This document shows positions 19,505 through 27,633 of a stretch of 50,677 bases of DNA, one piece after another. The DNA lies in contig JBHHXN010000018.1 in the NCBI GenBank assembly GCA_046757025.1, positions 1-50,677 of the forward strand, in the 5' to 3' direction. This DNA is from a bacterium. GTDB taxonomy: Bacteria; Zhuqueibacterota; Zhuqueibacteria; Oceanimicrobiales; Oceanimicrobiaceae. A model generated the notes under the pieces. That model was not told the origin of the DNA, did not search any database, and worked only from the letters and a program-made list of their open reading frames with translations. The number at the start of each line of letters is the position of its first letter. Within the stretch, counting starts at the first letter, position 1. The translations under genes and the position numbers were made by a program.

Positions 19505-19586
19505 TTTTGACTCCTTTCAATGTTAAGTGTTAGATTGATTGACCGGTCTTGCTTAAAAATGTGATTAGTGAATTCGATTTAAGTGG

Positions 19587-19602
19587 TTCAAATATCAGGC
19601 CA
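19587..19602 (-). promoter_or_regulatory. Putative sigma54 (-24/-12) promoter
   Basis: Minus strand TGGCCTGATATTTGAA versus consensus TGGCACGnnnnTTGCW; about 83 nt upstream of the lipoprotein ATG. Confidence 0.5.
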
Positions 19603-19768
19603 AAAATTGGAACACGGTTGAGAGCATTGTTTTTATAATATTTACAAAAAAACAAAAATCGGCGTGAAAAAAGAATGGAGGTGAAAGGGCACAACAAGTG
19701 TGGTTTAATTACAACATTTGGACAGAAAAAATTGTTAATAACATTACGGAACTACATGTGGAAGTCTG

Positions 19769-19933
19769 TTAGCGGACCGATTCATCGATTTGTTGGCATA
19801 TCTCTCCGAGTTGCTTGTATAATTCTTCTTCGTCGGAGACACACCGCTCTTGCTTGTTGTCTTCGTCCCAGAAGTAGATTTTTTCGTCGTCCCAACCGTG
19901 CAGGTTTTTTGTTTCTGGTGAGTTTTTCATCAT
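19769..19933 (-). CDS. Small acidic hypothetical protein (54 aa)
   Basis: MMKNSPETKNLHGWDDEKIYFWDEDNKQERCVSDEEELYKQLGEICQQIDESVR preceded by AAGGAG/AAGGA; the ORF-track extension to 20035 is translated repeat DNA. Confidence 0.5.
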   Translation of the reverse strand: MMKNSPETKNLHGWDDEKIYFWDEDNKQERCVSDEEELYKQLGEICQQIDESVR

Positions 19934-19953
19934 AATGATCCTTTTTTTCTCCT

Positions 19954-20034
19954 TGTCATTACGAGGAGCAACAGCGACGAAGCAATCCCTTTTACGCCAC
20001 CGCAGGAGATTGCTTCGCTGCGCTCGCAATGACA
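19954..20034. repeat. REP-like palindromic repeat (GTCATT...AATGAC type)
   Basis: TGTCATTACGAG...CGAAGCAATC...GATTGCTTCG...CTCGCAATGACA nested inverted repeats. Confidence 0.75.
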
Positions 20035-20158
20035 ATTTGTTGTAACATTAATTAGGAAACGTTCTACTAGTCTTGTCATTGCTGGAAGCGGCAATGCTCA
20101 TAATCTTCCTGTTCACTTGTCAATGAGAAACACCCTGCTGATTGATTTGTCCGGCGTT

Positions 20159-20845
20159 TCAAACAAAACCGAGCAATTCCTTGAATGCCAGCTTGCCGAG
20201 CTCGAATCCTTCTTCCAAAGAAAGGAATATCGGGTTTGCTTCTTTCTTTACAAACCAATCTTTCGCTGGCGTCATTCCACTAAAAAAATGCACCTGGCAG
20301 CAAAACGTTTTCCACACCTGTTCTACTCCGCTAGCCGCTTCATTGTTCGCCTCTGGTACGACAATGGAAAGCACGGCCTGTTTTGGTTCTGCTTGTTCAA
20401 CCGTGCGCGGTGAAACCGTTAGCTGGATCTTTTCCTCAGTGGCTGGACAAATGGATTCAATTTCTGCAGACTGCGCAAGCATAACCGGCAAGAACAAAGC
20501 GTCCCAGGCGCACCAAGTGTAAAAACGATTGCCGTTGACGAAAAACTGGTGGGGATGCCTTTTCTGGGAAAGCCCAAAGATTCCCACGATGCAGCCGTTT
20601 TCATCGAGCTCACTCATCTGGTAGATGAAATCGTGGGCGGCTGCGGGCGCCACCTGCAGGTTGGCCGCGATTTGCTGAACATGTTCAAACGGCACCGCCT
20701 GGCCTTCGGCAACCTTTCGCCAGACAGCGATCAACAGCCGCGCTTTCTCCGCAGAAAAATGTGTGGGCACGCTGGAGGCTCGCAGCTTTTGCGTCAGGCT
20801 CTCTAATTCAGATTTATTCATCTCGGGTCGGGTCCTTTTTACCAA
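20159..20845 (-). CDS. merB: Organomercurial (alkylmercury) lyase
   Basis: GLS..HPH, YTWCAWDALF (catalytic Cys/Asp), SICPAT, FCCQVHFF; inside mer operon; alternative ATG start at 20821. Confidence 0.9.
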   Translation of the reverse strand: MVKRTRPEMNKSELESLTQKLRASSVPTHFSAEKARLLIAVWRKVAEGQAVPFEHVQQIAANLQVAPAAAHDFIYQMSELDENGCIVGIFGLSQKRHPHQFFVNGNRFYTWCAWDALFLPVMLAQSAEIESICPATEEKIQLTVSPRTVEQAEPKQAVLSIVVPEANNEAASGVEQVWKTFCCQVHFFSGMTPAKDWFVKKEANPIFLSLEEGFELGKLAFKELLGFV

Positions 20846-20856
20846 TCAAATCGCGC

Positions 20857-20979
20857 TTAAAAACAGCATCGTCCGATGGCCGACGCCACCTCGCCGCCGA
20901 TCCCCATCAATACCGCACCGAGTACAAAGACCGCCAGTGCCCCGAGGAGGATCCAGGTGTTCGTGTCTATCTTTTTCAA
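20857..20979 (-). CDS. 40-aa single-TM peptide with C-terminal CCF, between merA and merB
   Basis: TTG start 8 nt after GGAG; MKKIDTNTWILLGALAVFVLGAVLMGIGGEVASAIGRCCF; fills the merA-merB gap. Confidence 0.65.
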   Translation of the reverse strand: MKKIDTNTWILLGALAVFVLGAVLMGIGGEVASAIGRCCF

Positions 20980-21025
20980 TTGTGTTTCTCCATTAAAAGC
21001 TAATTTTTTGGAATGAGTTAGCTTT

Positions 21026-22747
21026 TTATCCGGCACAGCAGGAAAGCTGCGCCACGTCTTTTTCAAAGGTCTGCGCTGCCAGTTTGATACCCTCCACCTG
21101 TGTTAAATACGGAAACAGTATGTCGCGCAAATCCGCCACCGTAAAACCGTGATCTTTGCCCATTTTCACCGCCAGCGCCGCGGTTTGAATAACCTCACCG
21201 GCCTCGGCGGCCAGAATGTGTGCCCCCAGCAAGCGGTCTGATTTGCGGTCGGCCACCAGCTTGATGAAACCGCGGGTGTCCCGGGCCGCCAGGGCGCGCG
21301 GCACGTACTCCAGCGGCAAGTTGGAAGTCTTAACCTCGTAACCTTGCTCTTTGGCTTGTGCTTCGGTCAAACCGACCGTGGCGATTTGAGGATTGGTAAA
21401 AATAACATCCGGTAAAATCGTCAGGTCGAATGTTTTCGAATTGCCGTTGAGCGCGTTTTCCACGGCCGTGCCGCCGGCCGCCGCAGCCACGTAAACAAAT
21501 TTGGGCAGCGTGGTCACATCCCCGGCCGCGTAGATTTTGGGATGGCTGGTTTGCAGATGCTCGTCCACAACGATAAAACCATTTTGGTCTAATTCGACGC
21601 CGGTCGCTTCCAATCCTATTTCCTGGGTGTTGGGCGTTCGGCCCAGCGCCATCAGCACCTGCTCTGCACAAAATTCGCGTTGCTCGCCGCGCACAGTGGC
21701 CGTAATAATTTTTTCTCCGTTTTCCTCACGAATGCGCTCGGTGGCCACGCCGGTTTCAATCCGAATGCCTTCTTTACGAAAGTATTCAGCCAGAGCCTCG
21801 CCGATTTCCGGCTCATGTTCCGGCACCAGCCGCGAACTTCTTTGCAGAATGGTCACCTCCGTTCCCAGGCGAGCAAACGCCTGCCCCAATTCTAGGGCAA
21901 TGGCGCGGCCACCGAGCACGATGAGCGACTTTGGCTGCTTTTTCAGCTCCATGGCGGTGGTGCTGTTCAGCACCTCCACATTTTCGATGCCCGCAATCGG
22001 CAGCACTTTCGGGCGGGCGCCGGTGGCTACCACCACCCGACCTGCTTTCAAAACTCGATCGTCGTTTACCATCACGTCGCCGTTTTCATCCAGCTTGGCC
22101 CAACCCTGAATCAGAGTCACTCCTTCGTAGGAGTTCAGCACATTCACATACTTGTGCTGGCGCAGGTCGCTCACCAGCTCGTCCTTTTGAGCGATCAGCG
22201 CCGGCCAGTCCACGCCCTGCGCAGCCGTCTTCAAGCCAGCGAACGGATGGTGACCCGTGGTGTGGTAGGCTTCTACGGCCCGAATGAGCGCTTTAGACGG
22301 TACGCAGCCGATGTTGACGCAGGTGCCGCCGATGGTGCCGGCTTCCACGATGGCGACTGAGTGGCCGTTTTCTGCCGCCCGAATGGCCGCGGCCACGCCG
22401 CCGCCGCCCGTGCCGATGACCACCAGGTCATAGTCCGCATTCGGATTCCTCCTATTTTGCGAACGGGCTTCGGTTGCTGCCGTTGCCTGAATCACCCTGG
22501 CGTCGTAGCCGGCTTGCTTAACCGCTTTCGTGAGCGTTTCATCTTGCACCTCACCCTGCACCTTAACCAGCGCTTTGTCTTCGTTCCAGGCCGGCACCTG
22601 CGCTTCGAGCACCTCGTCCACCTGCTGCAGGGCTTGCTCAACATGCGACGCGCACGAGGGACAGGTCATGCCAGTGACCTGCAATTCGATGACGTCTGCG
22701 CGGCTGGTTTGCAATTTTTCTTTTTTCTTATTTTTTTTGAATATCAT
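21026..22747 (-). CDS. merA: Mercuric reductase with N-terminal HMA domain
   Basis: GMTCPSC (NmerA), GGTCVNIGCVPSK redox disulfide, FVYVAA, FPYLT, C-terminal LSCCAG; ATG 22747 after AAGGAG (ORF track starts at 22768). Confidence 0.95.
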   Translation of the reverse strand: MIFKKNKKKEKLQTSRADVIELQVTGMTCPSCASHVEQALQQVDEVLEAQVPAWNEDKALVKVQGEVQDETLTKAVKQAGYDARVIQATAATEARSQNRRNPNADYDLVVIGTGGGGVAAAIRAAENGHSVAIVEAGTIGGTCVNIGCVPSKALIRAVEAYHTTGHHPFAGLKTAAQGVDWPALIAQKDELVSDLRQHKYVNVLNSYEGVTLIQGWAKLDENGDVMVNDDRVLKAGRVVVATGARPKVLPIAGIENVEVLNSTTAMELKKQPKSLIVLGGRAIALELGQAFARLGTEVTILQRSSRLVPEHEPEIGEALAEYFRKEGIRIETGVATERIREENGEKIITATVRGEQREFCAEQVLMALGRTPNTQEIGLEATGVELDQNGFIVVDEHLQTSHPKIYAAGDVTTLPKFVYVAAAAGGTAVENALNGNSKTFDLTILPDVIFTNPQIATVGLTEAQAKEQGYEVKTSNLPLEYVPRALAARDTRGFIKLVADRKSDRLLGAHILAAEAGEVIQTAALAVKMGKDHGFTVADLRDILFPYLTQVEGIKLAAQTFEKDVAQLSCCAG

Positions 22748-22807
22748 CCGTTGTTTGTCTCCTTCCAAATGGATTTAATTAGTTCTACTTTGTATTCAGG
22801 CAGTTTA

Positions 22808-22963
22808 ATGCCTGTGTGAAAAAACGTAAAACTTCGTATTTGTCATTCCGTAGGAATCTTTATTAATTCGACGTAAGGTGCTGTTTATTAAAAAGATTCT
22901 TCCAGAATGACAATAGTAGCATGTTTGGTTTATGGTTGATATTATGACTTTTCACACACACTC
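22808..22963. mobile_element. MITE-like element between merP and merA
   Basis: Terminal IR TGTGTGAAAA (22813-22822) / TTTTCACACA (22949-22958) enclosing TGTCATTCCGTAGGAATCT...AGATTCTTCCAGAATGACA palindrome (22841-22912). Confidence 0.55.
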
Positions 22964-22990
22964 AATAACCTGAACACAAAACCGCAACCT

Positions 22991-23332
22991 TTAGTTTAAT
23001 TTCGATTCTTTCGCTTGATATCCCACTTTGTTCACGGCTTCCACCATTTTGTCCACCGTGGCGGTTTCCGGGTAAAATTCTACTACCGCCGAATGGCTGG
23101 AAAAATCCGCTTTCACTTTGGCCACGCCGTGGATCTGCTTGAGCGCGGACTCCACGTTGTACTCGCATCCCGAACAGGTCATGCCCTGCACGTCCAGGGT
23201 GACTTTCTGGATGTTGGCTGCCACCTCTTGAGAAGCTGCCTTTTCATTTTGACCGCCAGATTTGCCGCAAGAAAAAAACAGCGCGGTGGTTAAAATAGTG
23301 GTCAGACTCAGGCCAAGTATTCTTTTTATCAT
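22991..23332 (-). CDS. merP: MerP-like heavy-metal-associated (HMA) lipoprotein
   Basis: Signal peptide with lipobox-like FFSC; GMTCSGC HMA motif; located between merT and merA. Confidence 0.8.
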   Translation of the reverse strand: MIKRILGLSLTTILTTALFFSCGKSGGQNEKAASQEVAANIQKVTLDVQGMTCSGCEYNVESALKQIHGVAKVKADFSSHSAVVEFYPETATVDKMVEAVNKVGYQAKESKLN

Positions 23333-23347
23333 GATTAACTCTCCTGT

Positions 23348-23680
23348 TTATAAAAAGGTTAATATTTGCGGAAAAAACATCAGCACCAGCGCCAGAGCCG
23401 CCGCCACCCAGAGCAGCAGTTTCTGCCAGGCGCCGGCGGACTCCACCTTGCAGGTGCCGTCTTCACATTTGACTTCGCGTTTGCGGTAGGTCAAATAGAA
23501 TCCCGCGCCTAAGAATAAAACCGTGGCTGCCAGCAAATACGGCCGGTACGGCTCGAACAGGGTGGCAAATCCCAGGCTGCCAGCGCCGATGAGCGCGAAC
23601 ACGAACGGTCCCACACAGCACAGAGAAGCCAGCAGAGCGGTGACCACCGAGCCTGCCGAGGCAAGAGTTGATTTTTGCAT
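23348..23680 (-). CDS. merT: Mercuric transport protein
   Basis: ASLCCVGP in TM1, FEPYRPY, cytoplasmic CEDGTC, 3 TM segments; ATG 23680 after GGAGG. Confidence 0.9.
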   Translation of the reverse strand: MQKSTLASAGSVVTALLASLCCVGPFVFALIGAGSLGFATLFEPYRPYLLAATVLFLGAGFYLTYRKREVKCEDGTCKVESAGAWQKLLLWVAAALALVLMFFPQILTFL

Positions 23681-23682
23681 CG

Positions 23683-24042
23683 TCAATCCTCCAATTCAAA
23701 AAGTTGTTCTAAAAACGCCACAAAAGGCGTGTCTTGCAATCGATAAAAAATCGTTTGACCTTCCCGTCGTTTTCTGATGAGTCCGTGCGCCCGCAGCTTG
23801 CTGAGTTGGTGGCTGATGGAAGAGACGGTCATGCCGGTGACGTCTGCCAGGTCACACACGCAGAGCTCCGGCTCCTGCGCCAACAAGTACAAAATCTTCA
23901 AACGGGTTTCGTTGCTGGCCACGGTGAGCAAGTCGGCGAGACTCTCAAGATTCGTTTTGCCGCGAAGCTGCACCTGCAGCCCTTGCAGCGCCGCTAGGTT
24001 GACGTTTTTACGAATGCAGGTTTCTTCGGTTAATTCAGTCAT
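23683..24042 (-). CDS. ArsR/SmtB (CadC-like) metal-sensing repressor
   Basis: TRLKILYLL, ELCVCDLA, SSISHQLSKLR, RREGQTIFY; N-terminal Cys; first gene of the mer operon. Confidence 0.92.
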   Translation of the reverse strand: MTELTEETCIRKNVNLAALQGLQVQLRGKTNLESLADLLTVASNETRLKILYLLAQEPELCVCDLADVTGMTVSSISHQLSKLRAHGLIRKRREGQTIFYRLQDTPFVAFLEQLFELED

Positions 24043-24079
24043 CGTTCATTTCCCTTTACTAATCAGTTTTATTTGTTTG

Positions 24080-24097
24080 TTTGAATAGTTATTCAAA
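24080..24097. promoter_or_regulatory. ArsR/SmtB-type operator
   Basis: Perfect 8-2-8 inverted repeat TTTGAATA-GT-TATTCAAA about 38 nt upstream of the arsR start. Confidence 0.7.
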
Positions 24098-24481
24098 TAT
24101 CATGAAAAACGGTTCAAAGGAACTTTTTGTTCCCATAATTTTAAAAAAATAACCGCGGATTAAAATGTCTTGCTCCCGTAAAAAGAATTATTTTTCAACA
24201 ATGCCTAACTGTTCTCACCTAAGTTACGGTTAAAAAAAGACTTTCCTGGTTCGAATCCGCTCACCATGAAATGAGTGGGGATTTTACAAGTCTCCGGGTG
24301 AACTGTTAAGTATGAGCTAATTTGATTCCAGAAAGAAGAATGCAATTATCTTTTAGAATCGTGCTTTTTGCAAAATTAAAGTTTAACCTCATTTTCATGG
24401 TCGATTTTTTTTCATGTACCGGTTCAGCAAGGGTTGAGTAGGATGATTTTTTAAAACTTAATTTATTTTCAAAATAAAATA

Positions 24482-24510
24482 TTGCACGATTCCTCTTCTG
24501 TTTGTATATT
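24482..24510 (+). promoter_or_regulatory. Sigma70-type promoter
   Basis: TTGCAC-17 nt-TATATT, 53 nt before the ATG at 24564. Confidence 0.55.
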
Positions 24511-24563
24511 GCAACTTAACAAATCATTTAACAAAGCCATTTTGATCAGATTTAAATTTTACG

Positions 24564-27206
24564 ATGAATGTAAAATTGACCTCGTTGCTATTTTGTTTTG
24601 CACTTTTTTCTACCTTGCCGATTCATTCAGCTCTTTCAAACGATGACGACGCCGCGACCAACAAAAAGGAAATCACCGTCACGCGCATCGAATCCGACCC
24701 ACCGCACCTGGACGGCACTCTCGATGAAGAAGTCTGGAATCAGGCGTACTTTGTTTCGGATTTTCTTCAGAGGAACCCTAACGAAGGAGAAACGGCGATG
24801 AATAAAACCGAGGTGGGATTTCTTTACGATGATGAAGCGCTTTATGTGGGCGCCCGCATGTATTTCAACAATTCCGAAGAATTGCAAGCCTACGTCACCC
24901 GCCGAGACCGGGCTGGAAACTCCGAGCGTATCATCGTTTCGCTGGACACTTATTATGATCGGCGCACAGCCTATAGTTTTGGAGTGACGGCAGCAGGGGT
25001 GCGGTTGGATTATTATCATCCTCAAGATCATAGCTATCGCGGCAGAGAATATTCATTTAATCCAGTCTGGGATGCGGAGGCCGCCATCGATTCTATCGGT
25101 TGGGGTGCTGAAATGAAAATTCCTTTTTCCCAGTTACGATTCAGCAACAGAGAAAAACAAGTCTGGGGGGTTAACATCAACCGCTGGCTGCCCAACACCA
25201 ACGAAGATCTCTACTGGGTACTGGTGCCCAAAAATGAAACCGGCTGGGCTTCCCGGTTTGGCGATTTAGTGGGCTTGAACGGCATCAAGCCCTCGCGGCG
25301 GATTGAATTCCTGCCGTACGAAACCAGCAGCGCCACTCTCACCAGCGACATTGACCCCGACAACCCATTCCACAGTGGACATGAATTCGATTCCAGAGTA
25401 GGATTAGACCTGAAAATGGGATTAGGTCCCAACCTGACTATGGACGCCACAGTGAATCCGGATTTTGGACAGGTGGAAGCCGACCCGGCCGAAGTCAATT
25501 TAACGGCTTTTGAAACATTTTTCCCGGAGAAACGCCCGTTTTTCATCGAAGGCCGGCAATTGTTTGAAAATGACGGCCCCGCCTATTTTTATTCACGTCG
25601 TATCGGCGCACCGCCGCACGGCGAAACCGAAGGCGATTATGACGACACGCCTGAAAATACCACCATCCTCAGCGCGGCCAAACTCACCGGCCGGCTGAAT
25701 TCGGGACTTTCGGTGGGCGTGTTGGGAGCCATCACCGCCCGGGAGCAAGCCCGTACTTACTTTAGTGACTACGACTCCACCGGTCGCTCCGAAGTCGAGC
25801 CGCTCATTGGCTACGGCGTCATGCGGCTGCAGCAGGAATTTGGGCCTTCCGCCTCGACTGTGGGGCTCATGTTTACGGGCATTCGGCGGGATGTTTCTCC
25901 CGGCGATTCCCTGGCGAAAAAATTGAACCGACAGGCTTACGGTGGCAACACCGATTGGAATCTGCGCTTTCAGGGCGGCAAATACGTTGTGCGCGGCCAT
26001 TTAGGCTTTTCGTTCATTCAAGGGCATCCCCTAGCCATTGTGCGTGCGCAACGGTCCAGCGCCCGCTATTTCCAACGGCCGGACGCCAACCACGTCACGC
26101 TCGATTCTACCCGGACGTCTTTGTTTGGTTACACGGGCGCGGTGGAATTCAGCAAAAACAGCGGTGAGCACTGGCTATGGGAAGCGGAATTTTCGGCCAT
26201 ATCGCCCACTTTCGAAATTAACGACGTCGGCCGTCTGCGCACCGCCGACCTTTTGTCCTTTTCCGGCAGCCTGCGTTATCGGGAAAACACACCCGGAACG
26301 ATATTTAGGGACTACCGATTGCAATTGGGATATTCCAACAACTGGAATTATGCCGGCGACCGCCTGCGTTCCAATTTGGAACTGGAATTAAATGCAACCT
26401 GGAAAAATTTTTGGCGCAGCTCGTTGGATTTAAGCTACCGGCCGGCCGCATTCAGCGCCACCCTCACCCGGGGCGGACCGATCATGGGTACCGGCGCTGA
26501 GTGGCAAATCAGTACCCGACTCTCGAGCAGCCGAGCAGCCAAAACCAACTGGTCGGGCTCGTTTTCTTACAGCAAAGATGAGCTGGACGGCTGGGGCTAC
26601 AACGCCAATGGTCGTCTGACTTTTAAACCGGGAGATCGCTGGGAATTATCCGTCAATCCGCACTATTCGCGCAAGAGAAATCCACGTCAGTATTTTGATA
26701 CATATGATGGTGGCCGTCAGGAAACCTTTGATAAAAGGGTTATTTTTTCTTTTATCGATCGCAGCACGCTGTCGGCTCAATTCCGACTGAATTATGCGCT
26801 CACTCCGGACCTTAGTCTGGAAGTATATGCCGAGCCTTTCGCTGCCAGCGGCCATCGCTTTAAACACGGCGAATTGTTGAATCCCCGCAGCAGACACCTG
26901 CGATTTTACGGCACCGACGGCACCACCCTCACAGAAAATGAAGACGGCACCTTCCTGGTCACCGATGGCGACGAGCAATTCAAGCTGGAAAACAAAGATT
27001 TCAACAACCGCTCCTTTCGCAGCAATTTCGTTCTGCGATGGGAATGGCGTCGGGGTAGCACCTTCTTTCTGGTATGGCAGCAAGATCGGTCCGCGGAAAA
27101 AGATGCCGGCGATTTGGTTACTCCTGGCTCGCTTTTTGATAGTTTCTCAGCCGAAGGCGATAATTTCCTGGCTGTAAAATTCAGCTACTGGCTGCCGGTG
27201 GATTGA
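24564..27206 (+). CDS. DUF5916 outer-membrane protein with CBM9-like N-terminal domain
   Basis: Signal peptide, LDGTLDE..W, YDDEALYVG, AEMKIPFSQLRF, TVNPDFGQVEAD, FFPEKRPFF, YSRRIG, terminal barrel strand VKFSYW. Confidence 0.85.
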   Translation: MNVKLTSLLFCFALFSTLPIHSALSNDDDAATNKKEITVTRIESDPPHLDGTLDEEVWNQAYFVSDFLQRNPNEGETAMNKTEVGFLYDDEALYVGARMYFNNSEELQAYVTRRDRAGNSERIIVSLDTYYDRRTAYSFGVTAAGVRLDYYHPQDHSYRGREYSFNPVWDAEAAIDSIGWGAEMKIPFSQLRFSNREKQVWGVNINRWLPNTNEDLYWVLVPKNETGWASRFGDLVGLNGIKPSRRIEFLPYETSSATLTSDIDPDNPFHSGHEFDSRVGLDLKMGLGPNLTMDATVNPDFGQVEADPAEVNLTAFETFFPEKRPFFIEGRQLFENDGPAYFYSRRIGAPPHGETEGDYDDTPENTTILSAAKLTGRLNSGLSVGVLGAITAREQARTYFSDYDSTGRSEVEPLIGYGVMRLQQEFGPSASTVGLMFTGIRRDVSPGDSLAKKLNRQAYGGNTDWNLRFQGGKYVVRGHLGFSFIQGHPLAIVRAQRSSARYFQRPDANHVTLDSTRTSLFGYTGAVEFSKNSGEHWLWEAEFSAISPTFEINDVGRLRTADLLSFSGSLRYRENTPGTIFRDYRLQLGYSNNWNYAGDRLRSNLELELNATWKNFWRSSLDLSYRPAAFSATLTRGGPIMGTGAEWQISTRLSSSRAAKTNWSGSFSYSKDELDGWGYNANGRLTFKPGDRWELSVNPHYSRKRNPRQYFDTYDGGRQETFDKRVIFSFIDRSTLSAQFRLNYALTPDLSLEVYAEPFAASGHRFKHGELLNPRSRHLRFYGTDGTTLTENEDGTFLVTDGDEQFKLENKDFNNRSFRSNFVLRWEWRRGSTFFLVWQQDRSAEKDAGDLVTPGSLFDSFSAEGDNFLAVKFSYWLPVD

Positions 27207-27264
27207 GCAACAGCCACCCTTTATTTGTCATTTTGAAAAGCCCACCCCTTACGGTAATCCCATT

Positions 27265-27382
27265 GAGACTATCGAAAAAGTAGATTTCTGCTTCAGCCAG
27301 AGCCCTTCGACAAGCTCAGGATAAACTGTGTCGAAGGTCTCCACATGAAGAATTCATTTAAATTGACTTTTTCGACAGTCGC
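27265..27382. mobile_element. MITE-like element between the DUF5916 paralogs
   Basis: Terminal IR GACTATCGAAAAAGT (27267-27281) / ACTTTTTCGACAGTC (27366-27380), 14/15 match; internal CCTTCGACAAGCTCAGG...TGTCGAAGG hairpin. Confidence 0.6.
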
Positions 27383-27633
27383 GTTAGCTCAGCAATCTTC
27401 CATTATTGTCAATCGAGATCATTGGATAACCAATCCTTCTCCTTTTCTTCACAAATCATAATCATGATTTTTTTTGCTTCATTCAAAAATATTTACACTG
27501 CGCGGTACAACCTTTTTTAAAAAAGGGCGTCCTACAATTGTACCGTCTGATGAATTAGATAAACATTTTACCTCGAAAATCAACCATTTTAATCAGTGCT
27601 CGGCTGAAGTAATATTCACTTGGAGTAGTAATC

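Noticed and set aside
24245..24266. GGTTCGAATCC...ACCA resembling a tRNA T-arm and 3' end (possible island attachment site)
   Set aside because: No acceptor, D or anticodon arms and wrong spacing to CCA; better explained as a member of the TTTCATGGTT...CTCACCATGAAA hairpin repeat family
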